Source: a virus. From it: a DNA stretch of 64,000 bases. Within the stretch, counting starts at the first letter, position 1; the number at the start of each line of letters is the position of its first letter. Positions 41,360-50,568 of the stretch are shown here, in pieces. A program made the position numbers and the translations under genes. The stretch covers positions 82,651 through 146,650 of IMG/VR virus record IMGVR_UViG_3300021420_000017; one strand, written 5' to 3'. The notes beneath the pieces were generated by a model. It made no database searches. It was given only the letters and a program-made list of their open reading frames with translations, and had not been told where the DNA came from.

Positions 41360-42754
41360 ATGGGCAAGACGGTGCAAGTGAAGTTTGGATTCACTGACGT
41401 ATTACTTCCAGAGAGTCCTATTTACGGCACCAGGTATCAGGCTGGCCAGTCTGCTACCATTACTGATGCTGAATATTCATCGCTTTCAGTAGCAGTGATC
41501 CGTGCGATTACTGTGACCGCGACGGGTCTCTCTGATCCCATTCGCACTTCGCCTTCCTTACCGCCCTCTCTCACCGACGCTATATCTAAGAAATACGCCG
41601 ATGCCACCTATGCGACTATTTCTGGTGATGGGGCCGAGGTCACGTCATTTCTTACTCGGACGGGCGCTGTTGTTGCGATGGCGGGGGACTACACCGCATC
41701 TCAGGTGGGGGCAGATGTTGCTGGCGCAGCAGCGGCGGCGATTGCTTCCTCAGTACAACGGGCATCTAATCTCTCAGATTTAACTTCTTTTGCTGCTGCT
41801 CGCACCAATATGGGCTTAGGGTCTGCATCAGTTCAGAACAGTAGCGCCTTTGATATTTCGGGTGCAGCTACTACCGCTCAGGCCGCCGCTATCGCTGTTT
41901 CGGTTCAGCGAGCGTCCAACTTGTCTGATCTCGCTTCCGCAGCAACAGCAAGAACCAATTTGGGACTTGGCACTGCTGCAACCCAGGCAAGTGGCGCCTT
42001 CGATTCATCGGGGGCGGCTGCGTCAGCCATAGCATCTTCAGCTCAACGAGCCGCGAACCTTTCAGATCTCGCTTCGGTAACGACAGCTCGCACGAACCTC
42101 GGGCTCGGAACTGCGGCCACTCAAGCCAGCGGCGCATTTGATGCTGTTGGCGCGGCTTCTACTGCTCAAACCGCAGCCGCTGCGTATTCGGATGCGGGGT
42201 TGCTTTCGGCTGCTGGCGCCTTTAGAGCCCCATTGATTGCCTTTCAATACTATGGGGCAGTTACGAACGCTATAACTACTTTGGCATTGGCTAATAGCAC
42301 TGCCTCCGGTGGTCGATTGGTAGTTGGACGCAGTTGCACCTTGACCACTATCGGAGTTGAGGTCGTTACGGTTGGAGTATCTGGATCACTCATTCGACTC
42401 GGCATATACAAGATCAATCCGGCTACTGGCGCATTGATTTTCCTCCTCGATGCGGGTACTGGCGACGGGACCATCCTAGGGATGATTTCGCTCTCTATCT
42501 CTCAGCCTGTCAGCGCGGGAGACAATCTTATTCTTGTCGCTTGTCAGCAGGGCAGTCCGGTTACATTGGCAGTATTGCGAAGTAACTCGGGTCAAGATCC
42601 GTACTTCGGTTCATCCGCGCCAATGACGATTTCTCAGAATGCTCTGATCGGTGCCACTCTTGCTGGTTCTGTCCCCGGAGCATTACCGACCTCAGCACTC
42701 ACCTACACGGGGGCAACAAGTGTGCCCCGGGTGCTTGTTTCCGCAGCAGCCTAA
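41360..42754 (+). CDS. Fibre-like protein with three tandem 46-50-aa repeats (464 aa)
   Basis: AAGGAG RBS; SVQRASNLSDL..ARTNLGLGTAATQASGAFD repeats; lower GC. Confidence 0.75.
   Translation: MGKTVQVKFGFTDVLLPESPIYGTRYQAGQSATITDAEYSSLSVAVIRAITVTATGLSDPIRTSPSLPPSLTDAISKKYADATYATISGDGAEVTSFLTRTGAVVAMAGDYTASQVGADVAGAAAAAIASSVQRASNLSDLTSFAAARTNMGLGSASVQNSSAFDISGAATTAQAAAIAVSVQRASNLSDLASAATARTNLGLGTAATQASGAFDSSGAAASAIASSAQRAANLSDLASVTTARTNLGLGTAATQASGAFDAVGAASTAQTAAAAYSDAGLLSAAGAFRAPLIAFQYYGAVTNAITTLALANSTASGGRLVVGRSCTLTTIGVEVVTVGVSGSLIRLGIYKINPATGALIFLLDAGTGDGTILGMISLSISQPVSAGDNLILVACQQGSPVTLAVLRSNSGQDPYFGSSAPMTISQNALIGATLAGSVPGALPTSALTYTGATSVPRVLVSAAA
41747..42180 (+). repeat. Three imperfect tandem coding repeats (about 140-150 bp)
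   Basis: Repeated QRASNLSDLASxxTARTNLGLG units; end coordinate approximate. Confidence 0.75.
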
Positions 42755-43107
42755 TGGACATCATGCGAGGCGACGTGATCCGGATCCCCGGGGGTGACGG
42801 GACCCACTACGCGACACTGATGTATTGGCACAGTGCGGACGGCGAGATGGAAGGCGAGCCGTTCGGTCTGATGGAGCACCATGCGCATCAGGTCACGGGC
42901 ATGATCCACGGCGGCTATGTGGCCTGGCGCAAGCCTCAGATGCTTCAGGACGACTACGCGGACAACTACCCGGTGATCAAGCACCAGCTCGTCAGTATCG
43001 AGCCGCTGGAGATCTCTCCTAGCTTGCTGTGTGCCTTCACCCCCGAGGGCGGCGAGCGGTGCTCTAGCCACGGATTCATCAGGGCCGGGTGCTGGCACGA
43101 TGCCTGA
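42754..43107 (+). CDS. Hypothetical protein (117 aa)
   Basis: TAATG overlap; high GC3; C-terminal CAF..C..H..C..H. Confidence 0.6.
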   Translation: MDIMRGDVIRIPGGDGTHYATLMYWHSADGEMEGEPFGLMEHHAHQVTGMIHGGYVAWRKPQMLQDDYADNYPVIKHQLVSIEPLEISPSLLCAFTPEGGERCSSHGFIRAGCWHDA

Positions 43108-43798
43108 GCTGCTGCCTGAGATCAATCTGGCCGAGAGGCCGGATCGCATCGTCATGCTGGTCGATGAGGAGTCCGACACCGAGGAGCTTGCGAGCTTCGC
43201 GGTCGAGGTGGCACGCTCCCGGATGCCCAAGGTGACTGGAGCGATGGCCAAGAGCTTGCAGTCGATCTATGGAGACAACTACTTCGGCATCTACTTCCCC
43301 GACCGCAAAACGTGGTTCCTGGAGCAGGGCATCAAGCCCTTCACCATGAATGCCCTCCAGGGCAAGACGATCCCGATGTGGATCGATGACCCGATGGGGT
43401 CCGAGCGCAAGGCGAACCCCAAAGCCGAGAGGCGCCGGACCGCAGATGGCCGGGAGCAGGTTCTCATCTTCCGTCGGGTCGGGAAGAAGGGTGAGCGCAA
43501 GAGGGTCATTCGCCGGGGCAAGGACGGTCTGCCTCGGCCCACCACCGTCCCGGTGAGTTACCCGGGCGCCCCCGGGCGCATCACTCGGCGCGAGATGGGT
43601 CCGCCCCTCGGGCGCGCGGGCAAGGTCGCAGGACAGATCGCTAAGGGTAACGTCGGAGTGCGCTGGCGCCATCCGGGGATCGTGGCCCGGCAGTTTCTTA
43701 ACTCAGCGATGGCTCAGACCGCGATCGAGTTCGGGATCGAGTCAGCGCAGGTCTACCTCACTGACAATGCGTCGTTCTTCAGTCTGATCCGGAGTTGA
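43100..43798 (+). CDS. Neck/tail-completion protein (HK97 gp10-like/virion morphogenesis family), 232 aa
   Basis: ATG 43100; RSRMPKVTGAMAKSL..FLEQG..WRHPGIVARQFL pattern; basic; position before tail terminator. Confidence 0.6.
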   Translation: MPELLPEINLAERPDRIVMLVDEESDTEELASFAVEVARSRMPKVTGAMAKSLQSIYGDNYFGIYFPDRKTWFLEQGIKPFTMNALQGKTIPMWIDDPMGSERKANPKAERRRTADGREQVLIFRRVGKKGERKRVIRRGKDGLPRPTTVPVSYPGAPGRITRREMGPPLGRAGKVAGQIAKGNVGVRWRHPGIVARQFLNSAMAQTAIEFGIESAQVYLTDNASFFSLIRS

Positions 43799-43802
43799 GT
43801 TC

Positions 43803-44480
43803 ATGTATCTCGAACCATTGAAGAGTGCCATTGTCGAATCACTGCGACGCGCTCTCGATGTCGCCTATGTGGACGCTGACTTCACTGCTACGTGGGTCGG
43901 TATCGAGTATCCATTCGATGCTGCCAAGTATCCTGGCATCTGGGTTACCTATGATGATCGCGATACACTAAAGATCGCTTCCATTGATCACACTGAATAT
44001 ATCGTTGATCATTTAGGCGCTATTCACAAGACGACTCGGTGGACCTTTTCTGGAACGGTCACGTTGACGATCGTGGCGATGTCGAGCTGGGAACGAGATC
44101 GGCTCTACGACCAGATCGTACGGGTCTTCGCCTTCAGCCGGGTCGAGGATGCTCCCACCGCCTTCCGGGACACGATCGAGAACAACGACTTCATCGGAGT
44201 GAACGTCGACTGGGACGAGCTGCGCCCAGGAGGAGACAGCGCGGCCCCGGGCACCCCGTGGGGCACCGATGACGAGGTGATCTATGAGAAGAGTCTTAGC
44301 TTCGACGTCATCGGAGAGTTCGTCTCCAGCCCCTCCCAGACCACCCTGGTCAACTTGTCCTCGATCCAGGTCATGGGTGTGACGGAGGCTCCTGACGGGA
44401 GCGCTCCGAACGTGCGGCTGCCCGATCTCCCTGCGCCCCCTGAGCCCTCGGTGGCATTCTCGCCGCACGCTTGGCATTGA
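43803..44480 (+). CDS. Tail terminator/completion protein (225 aa)
   Basis: Directly upstream of sheath; YPGIWVTY..SSWERDRLYDQ. Confidence 0.6.
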   Translation: MYLEPLKSAIVESLRRALDVAYVDADFTATWVGIEYPFDAAKYPGIWVTYDDRDTLKIASIDHTEYIVDHLGAIHKTTRWTFSGTVTLTIVAMSSWERDRLYDQIVRVFAFSRVEDAPTAFRDTIENNDFIGVNVDWDELRPGGDSAAPGTPWGTDDEVIYEKSLSFDVIGEFVSSPSQTTLVNLSSIQVMGVTEAPDGSAPNVRLPDLPAPPEPSVAFSPHAWH

Positions 44481-44486
44481 CCTCTC

Positions 44487-44522
44487 CTGCCTAGCCGTGA
44501 CCTGGCGCGCCTGAAGTAGTGA
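44487..44522 (+). promoter_or_regulatory. Putative phage late promoter for the sheath/tube operon
   Basis: CTGCC-N20-TGAAGTAGTGA. Confidence 0.65.
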
Positions 44523-44561
44523 GGCGAGATCCCAGGCCTAACACAAGGTGAGGCGAGAAAA

Positions 44562-46028
44562 TTGGTGGACTTCCGCAGCGGTTATGTGCCGCCCGGCGTC
44601 TATGTCACTGCCGACTCCTCGGGTTCGGTCGGAGTCGTCGGCGTCGGTGCAACAGTCGTCTGCCTAGTCGGGCGAGGGTTGGGTTACAACACCTTCACCG
44701 AGACGGTGAGCTTCGCCGGGGGCAATGTCGCGCCTTTGACTCAGCAGGGAATCGACCCGGAATCGATCGTGGTTTTCGACTCATCCCAGACCTATGTCGA
44801 GGACGCCAGCCCGACTCTGCATGACTACTCGGTGGTACAGACCGGATCCGGGCCCACTCTCGTCACCACGATCAACCGCGAGCCCAGCGGGGCGCTTCCT
44901 ACCTCGACCACCGTGACGGTGCATGATCACTACACCAACTCGACCTACTACGGGCTGAACAGCTTCTCCGACTATGCCAGCTTCGTTGACGTCTATGGCC
45001 AGCCGTTCGATCCGAGCACCGGCAACCTGATCAGCCCGTTGAGCATGGCAGCCCAGGTGGCCTTCCAGAACGGCGCCAACGTGATCTTCGCGGTGTCGCT
45101 GTCGGGGACCGGCAGTACCGCCAGTCAGTTCGCCGCCGCGCTCGCGCTCACCCTGACCAACTTCGATATCAACATCGTGGTGCCCCTCTATGAGGACGCC
45201 ACGAATGGCACGACTGCCGAAAGTTACCTCGGCGCGCTGGAGAGTTACCTCGTAACGGCCGAGGCCGATGGCTATCCTCGGATCGCCCTCGTGGGCCTGC
45301 CGCAGGCCTTCACTGGAACCGGGCCGGACGTACTGGCCACCCAGGTTGCTTACCGACGGATTGTGCTGGTCTGGCCCCAGGCGTTTCAGTTCTACAACTC
45401 GATCAACAACGTCACCCAGACCGTGGACGGGATTTACTTCGCGGCGGCGTGTGCTGGGGTACTGGCCGGTCAGGCGATCAACCGAGGACTGACTCGCTCT
45501 CAGATCAAGAACTTCTCCGGGATTCCGCTGGCAGTCGCGCAGACCCTGACGGGGACGAACAAGAACCTCTGGTCGTCCAAGGGTGTCTCCGTGGCCGAGG
45601 TCAACCGTAACTCCCAGTTGGTCGTCCGGCACGGGGTCACGACCGATGTCAGCTCGGTACAGAACCGTGAGATCAGCATCGTGCGCGAGCAGGATGCTCT
45701 GTTCGATCTGATTCAGATCAGTCTCAATCAAGCCAACCTGATCGGCACCCCGATCATCGCCACCACCGCGATGAGCGTGAAGGCCATCATCTCCAGCGCC
45801 TTGGAGACCCTGCTGACGGCGGGGACGATCGCGGGCTATACCAACCTGCTCGTGCGCCAGCAGGCGCTGCCCGGTGGCGACCCGACGGTCATTGAATGCA
45901 CCTTCAGTTGGCAGCCCACCTACCCGCTGAACTACATCACGGTCGTGTTCAGCCTGGACTTGAACACGGGCAACCTGACGACCACCGATACCGCGAGCAG
46001 TTCCTCCTCCGTCGCAGTCACTGCCTGA
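44562..46028 (+). CDS. Tail sheath protein (488 aa)
   Basis: YVPPGVYV N-terminus, VVRHGVTTD..REISIVR, C-terminal P.YPLNYITVVF. Confidence 0.9.
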   Translation: MVDFRSGYVPPGVYVTADSSGSVGVVGVGATVVCLVGRGLGYNTFTETVSFAGGNVAPLTQQGIDPESIVVFDSSQTYVEDASPTLHDYSVVQTGSGPTLVTTINREPSGALPTSTTVTVHDHYTNSTYYGLNSFSDYASFVDVYGQPFDPSTGNLISPLSMAAQVAFQNGANVIFAVSLSGTGSTASQFAAALALTLTNFDINIVVPLYEDATNGTTAESYLGALESYLVTAEADGYPRIALVGLPQAFTGTGPDVLATQVAYRRIVLVWPQAFQFYNSINNVTQTVDGIYFAAACAGVLAGQAINRGLTRSQIKNFSGIPLAVAQTLTGTNKNLWSSKGVSVAEVNRNSQLVVRHGVTTDVSSVQNREISIVREQDALFDLIQISLNQANLIGTPIIATTAMSVKAIISSALETLLTAGTIAGYTNLLVRQQALPGGDPTVIECTFSWQPTYPLNYITVVFSLDLNTGNLTTTDTASSSSSVAVTA

Positions 46029-46041
46029 TTAGGACGCAAAT

Positions 46042-46533
46042 ATGCCAAACACCCAAGTTCGCGTGGTGGGGTCGAGCTTCAGCACCTTCCTCTACGCCGG
46101 ACAACCCATCGCGTGGCTGGAGGGGGTCGAAGACTCCGGCCAGCAGGCTTTCTCCGACGCAGGCGCCGCATGGCAGCCGATTCACCCGCTGGGTAATCGC
46201 CACCCGGTAGAGATTGCGACCTCGCGTGTGCTGCAGGCGGGCACGCTCAACCTGACCATCCGCGAGCTGTGGAGCACCGCAGTCTGGGAGCAGTTGTCCG
46301 GCCTAGCGGGCACCAACAACATCGTGGACATCTTCGAGGTTCTGGCTGCGAACCCGGCCTCAGTCACGTGCCAGACGATCATTACGCCCCCTGGGCCTGG
46401 AGCGAAGCCCAGGGGCAAGGTGTACCAAAATTGCGTTATCGTGGGAATAAGTGATAATGACATGATCACGGTCGGCGCGCTTGCTGTGACAAAAGGGATA
46501 GTGGTGGCATACACCCACAGCACTAAGCTCTGA
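46042..46533 (+). CDS. Tail tube protein (163 aa)
   Basis: Follows sheath; QPIHPLG..PVEIAT..GTLNLTIRELW. Confidence 0.8.
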   Translation: MPNTQVRVVGSSFSTFLYAGQPIAWLEGVEDSGQQAFSDAGAAWQPIHPLGNRHPVEIATSRVLQAGTLNLTIRELWSTAVWEQLSGLAGTNNIVDIFEVLAANPASVTCQTIITPPGPGAKPRGKVYQNCVIVGISDNDMITVGALAVTKGIVVAYTHSTKL

Positions 46534-46573
46534 CCTATACAAAATAGGACAAACTATCTAACAGGGGAAGCAC

Positions 46574-47107
46574 GTGGCGGATCTGATACCGGTTGAGGGC
46601 AGCGCGGTTCCGGAGACGGAGTTCAAGCCCGTTTTCGTCCTCCCGGAGGATCCCTCGCTGGAGGAGCAGGAACAGCACGACGAGCTGGCTGATGTGGAGT
46701 CGGTGTTCGACGCCCGCTACCGCGAGCCCTTCACCGGATTGCTCTACCTAGGCCGACTGGAGGAGACGTGTCGCATCGCGGGGCATACCTTCGTGCTCGC
46801 CACGCCGGGCCAGAGCGAGCGGCTGGAGATGGGCCCGGTCCACAAGCCCTGGGTCAATACGATGACCGCCGAGCAAGCGTGGCGTCTGGTTCGAGTCGCG
46901 GCCTACCTGCAGCGCATAGACGACGAGCCTGCACCCGAGCCACTCAAGGGAGGCCGGGTCGAACTGCGGGACAAGTTCCGCTGGGTCTGCGAGTCGATCT
47001 ACAGCGAGACCATCATCGAAAAGCTCTTCGATGCCTGCTTGCTGCTGGAGGAGCGGGTGCGCGTGGTGATCGAGGAACTAGATCGCCTGGGGGAATCCTC
47101 GGCCTGA
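46574..47107 (+). CDS. Tail assembly chaperone (short form, 177 aa)
   Basis: Between tube and tape measure; ends at slippery G GGG GAA. Confidence 0.75.
   Translation: MADLIPVEGSAVPETEFKPVFVLPEDPSLEEQEQHDELADVESVFDARYREPFTGLLYLGRLEETCRIAGHTFVLATPGQSERLEMGPVHKPWVNTMTAEQAWRLVRVAAYLQRIDDEPAPEPLKGGRVELRDKFRWVCESIYSETIIEKLFDACLLLEERVRVVIEELDRLGESSA
47089..47095 (+). other. Programmed -1 frameshift site GGGGGAA
   Basis: In-frame G GGG GAA before the stop; the -1 frame stays open to 47529; same heptamer type as reported for mycobacteriophage L5 chaperones. Confidence 0.75.
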
Positions 47108-47529
47108 CCGGAGAACTTGACCCCTGGGTCCATACCCAGATCCGGCTGGCCGATCGACAGGGTCTGCTCACCCACCCCAATCTCTCCAGCGTGCAGGAGT
47201 ACGCGCACCTGCTGCTCATGAACCTGGAGGAGCGGGACAAGGGCGAGGCCTTCCGCAACCAGATGCGCCGCGATGTGGCCACGATGGGCCCTGTGACCTA
47301 CGTGAAGATGTTCCCCGAGTATGCCCCGCCGGAGGCCACCGAACTCAGTGAGGACGAGCTAGAGGCCGCGCTGGACAACACCGGGGACAACCAGGGCCCC
47401 GTGCGCTACGAGTCCGGTGATGAGATCATGACCCCGGAGAAGATGCAGGAGCTGCTGGCCCGGCTCGCGGCCGACGCGGAGACGGGCTCGATCAGCGGGA
47501 CAGACGTGACCTATGGTGAGTGGGTCTGA
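47089..47529 (+). CDS. C-terminal extension of the frameshifted tail assembly chaperone (long form 46574-47529)
   Basis: High-GC3 -1 frame without a good own start; stop overlaps the tape-measure ATG. Confidence 0.7.
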   Translation, partial: GGILGLTGELDPWVHTQIRLADRQGLLTHPNLSSVQEYAHLLLMNLEERDKGEAFRNQMRRDVATMGPVTYVKMFPEYAPPEATELSEDELEAALDNTGDNQGPVRYESGDEIMTPEKMQELLARLAADAETGSISGTDVTYGEWV

Positions 47530-49712
47530 TGGGTAAGTATCCCAGCAGCAAAAACTCGCAGAATGAACAGATCCGCGAGATTGCCCAGCTACTCAAGACC
47601 GCTGCCGACATGCAGCAGAAGACTGGCCAGCGGGTGGACAACCTCGCGGCCGAGATGGCCAAGGTGCCCTCCTTCATCCAGGCTGCGGTGGACTCGATCT
47701 CCTCGGCCGTGCGTGGCGAGTCCATCAGCGGAGGCCAGAGTGGCAGTGGCACCGGCGGGGCAGCCCCCAAGGCTCGCGACAACCAGACCGTGCGGCCCAA
47801 CCACGGAGGACCGGCCGCGATTTCGACACCGACCTTCCTGGGCCAGCGCAATCTGGGCCTCAGTGCTTACCAGCAGCACCAGCAGCATGGGCTGGCCGGT
47901 CTGCAGCGCACGGTGCAATCCAGCATTGGCAATGCCATCCACAACCGGCACGGGGCGCGCTCGGGCGACACCTTCCTGCCTGCGGCCCACGACGGGGCGG
48001 GCAATGTCACTCACTATCAGCGCTACAACTCCAGCGGGGTGGCCATCGGCCCTGCCGCCGAGGCGGGCAGCCTCGGGCCCGAGCTGGCCGCTGCGGGGAC
48101 AAGGGCGCGCATCAGCACCGTGGCCGCAGGCATGGCCGGTGGTGGCATCGTGGGCGCTGCTAAGGCCGTCCCTATCGCGGGCGATGTAATCCTAGGGGCT
48201 GAGGCGGTCTATGGCGGAGCCAAGGTCGTCGCTGATCAGCGGGCCAGGAACGCACAGTTCCAGAACATCTACGGCGGCTCGAATCTGGCCGGGATGGGAC
48301 AGCGTTTCGATCAGGAGACCTTCAAGCTCGGCCAGCTCTTCTCTGGCGGTCTAACCGGGGCTCAGTCCGACCAGGCATTCATGGGCGTCTCGTCGTTGGG
48401 CCTGCAAGGAGCCAAGCGCAAACAGGGCCTCAACTTCATCGCCAGCAACTACAAGTCTCAGGGCACCGACGTGCAGACCTCGTTGTCGCTGGTTAACGAC
48501 GCGACCAAGGGCTTTGGCCTGACCCTGGACACATTGCAGACTCAACTGAAACAAGTCACTGCGGCAGCGAAGACCGCAGGAGTGAATGTGGGGAAAACGG
48601 CTCAGATGTTTGCCGCTGGTACCTCGGCGGCATTGAGCAGTGGGTTTGGTTTCAACTCGGGGACCCTAGGCAAGGGGCTGACGAATGCTGGTTCTGGAGG
48701 GAGCAATCTTTACTCGGGCGTGAACTACAACGTCATGAATAACCCTACGAGTATTCGGATCATGGCCAACTCGCTCGGAGTAAGTAGTGGGCAGTTTGTA
48801 GGGCAGGCCAACACCAGTTCGCAGATCCTTGGCCAGGGTACTGGGAACCTGCAAGAACAGGCCTTTACGGCTGCCATCGGTGGAAATATGGCAGCGATTC
48901 AAAATATGATTAATGATAACGGTGGGCCTCAAGCGGTGGGCAGTAGTGCGTCAGCCCAGCAAGGCATTGCCACTAAATTGATGGCCGCTAATATATTCCC
49001 GAATCCTGATGCAACGATACAGATGTTAAATAACTACTTCGGTCCTGGGGCTTTCCCGAACGATCCCAAACAGGCGATCGGGCAAATTGTGGCATGGGTC
49101 GCTAACAAAAAGATGGGAGGAGGCGGCTCTCTGGGTAACTTGTCAGGATCTGTGACAGATAACGCGCCCAGTCAAGCTAACACTCCCATGACAGCATCCT
49201 CTTATAGCGCATTGGTGAAGAGCAGCCAGTTCCCTATGCCGAGCTATTCAGATTATCAGAAAATGAATGCGAAGAGTATTGAGAGTGCGATTGGAACGAA
49301 TGACGCTATTGGCGCCACGGGTAATCCAGTCAAGCATTGGGAATTAATAAACAAGACTGTTGATCCAGCCCTGACTTCATTCGCGAATAAAGAAGGCAAC
49401 AACGCGAATGTCACCATCACGAGCAAAGACGGAAAGCAACACACGGCTAAATTTTCCGATGCGTTGAAGAACGGTGACTTCGTTGCTGCCATCAATAGTG
49501 GTGAGGCCGTATTAGGAACTGGCGGAAGGGACAAGGCAGGAGCTAAGTTGTCTACTCTCGGTATCAGTAGCGCGATCGATACCCCGGGGTCAAGCAGTGA
49601 CGATACCTCGACCACGACTGCTAACGGTGTCGTGGTCACTCTGAATGTTCCGCCAGATGTTCGCAAAGCGCTTGGTCTTTCGGTGACGACTGCCCCCCCG
49701 AAAGTTAATTAG
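47529..49712 (+). CDS. Tape measure protein (727 aa)
   Basis: TGATG overlap; Ala/Gly/Gln-rich; follows the chaperones. Confidence 0.8.
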   Translation: MGKYPSSKNSQNEQIREIAQLLKTAADMQQKTGQRVDNLAAEMAKVPSFIQAAVDSISSAVRGESISGGQSGSGTGGAAPKARDNQTVRPNHGGPAAISTPTFLGQRNLGLSAYQQHQQHGLAGLQRTVQSSIGNAIHNRHGARSGDTFLPAAHDGAGNVTHYQRYNSSGVAIGPAAEAGSLGPELAAAGTRARISTVAAGMAGGGIVGAAKAVPIAGDVILGAEAVYGGAKVVADQRARNAQFQNIYGGSNLAGMGQRFDQETFKLGQLFSGGLTGAQSDQAFMGVSSLGLQGAKRKQGLNFIASNYKSQGTDVQTSLSLVNDATKGFGLTLDTLQTQLKQVTAAAKTAGVNVGKTAQMFAAGTSAALSSGFGFNSGTLGKGLTNAGSGGSNLYSGVNYNVMNNPTSIRIMANSLGVSSGQFVGQANTSSQILGQGTGNLQEQAFTAAIGGNMAAIQNMINDNGGPQAVGSSASAQQGIATKLMAANIFPNPDATIQMLNNYFGPGAFPNDPKQAIGQIVAWVANKKMGGGGSLGNLSGSVTDNAPSQANTPMTASSYSALVKSSQFPMPSYSDYQKMNAKSIESAIGTNDAIGATGNPVKHWELINKTVDPALTSFANKEGNNANVTITSKDGKQHTAKFSDALKNGDFVAAINSGEAVLGTGGRDKAGAKLSTLGISSAIDTPGSSSDDTSTTTANGVVVTLNVPPDVRKALGLSVTTAPPKVN

Positions 49713-49714
49713 CT

Positions 49715-50359
49715 ATGGCTGTCTGTCAGTTAGGTAATCTCAAGTGGCGTGTTGATCCCAACTCCATTAACTGGACCTACCAGATCGACACTAACCGGAT
49801 TGAGACTTTGGGTGGGCAAGTTATTCAGGTACTGGGTTCCACCTTGGGCGACCTCAATGTCAGTGGCCTGTTCGGTCAAGATCACGCCAACAAGCTGGAG
49901 TCTTGGCAGCTCGCTCTCGCTTTCCACACTCGCATTCAGCAGATGATCGACGCACAGACTCTCCCGGCGAAGACTGTAAACTTAGGGCCCAGTAATGGGG
50001 TGACAGATGCTGCTGTCGTGCACCAACCGATCACTTTAAACTATCTTGATGGCAAGCATGACTGGAGTTTTAAGGTCCTGATAAAAGCGATATCTGATGC
50101 AGACGGGAGCGCCAGCCTGACTCATTCGTCAGGTAAGTTCTCATATGGCTATCGTCTTACGTTATTCATTGTCGAGTCGAATACCGATTTGCTTTCTACT
50201 GTAGCAACGGACCTGTTCATCAACAACATAGCTCAAGGGCTCGGTTGGAAACGCAGTGTCTACCAGGGAAAAATGACAGCCTCGGATGCTATGACTTTCC
50301 TGTCTAGCAACGGTGGTTCGGTGAGTGCTTACATTGACAAGACTTTGACCGGAGGCTAG
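49715..50359 (+). CDS. Baseplate/tube-initiator-like protein (214 aa)
   Basis: VDPNSINWTY..IETLGG.VIQ pattern; position after tape measure. Confidence 0.6.
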   Translation: MAVCQLGNLKWRVDPNSINWTYQIDTNRIETLGGQVIQVLGSTLGDLNVSGLFGQDHANKLESWQLALAFHTRIQQMIDAQTLPAKTVNLGPSNGVTDAAVVHQPITLNYLDGKHDWSFKVLIKAISDADGSASLTHSSGKFSYGYRLTLFIVESNTDLLSTVATDLFINNIAQGLGWKRSVYQGKMTASDAMTFLSSNGGSVSAYIDKTLTGG

Positions 50360-50361
50360 AG

Positions 50362-50568
50362 ATGACTACTAGCAAGAATACCGTATGGGGATGTGATGTC
50401 AAAGTATCTATGCCTGCTCCGGTGGCTGCTGGAGAAATGCTATTTGACATGAGCGATGGGTTCGCCTTCACGATGAATGGATTAGTTCATAACATGAGCG
50501 CCTCCGATGCCGAGGAGATCAATTCAAATAGGTTGCGTCCAGTTCATGTGAGCGGTAGTCATGGCTGA
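50362..50568 (+). CDS. Small hypothetical protein (68 aa)
   Basis: Fills the gap between neighbouring baseplate genes. Confidence 0.45.
   Translation: MTTSKNTVWGCDVKVSMPAPVAAGEMLFDMSDGFAFTMNGLVHNMSASDAEEINSNRLRPVHVSGSHG

Noticed and set aside
46768-47088. 5' part of the 253-aa ORF 46768-47529 as an independent gene
   Set aside because: Overlaps the chaperone gene out of frame; only the part after the slippery site looks coding.
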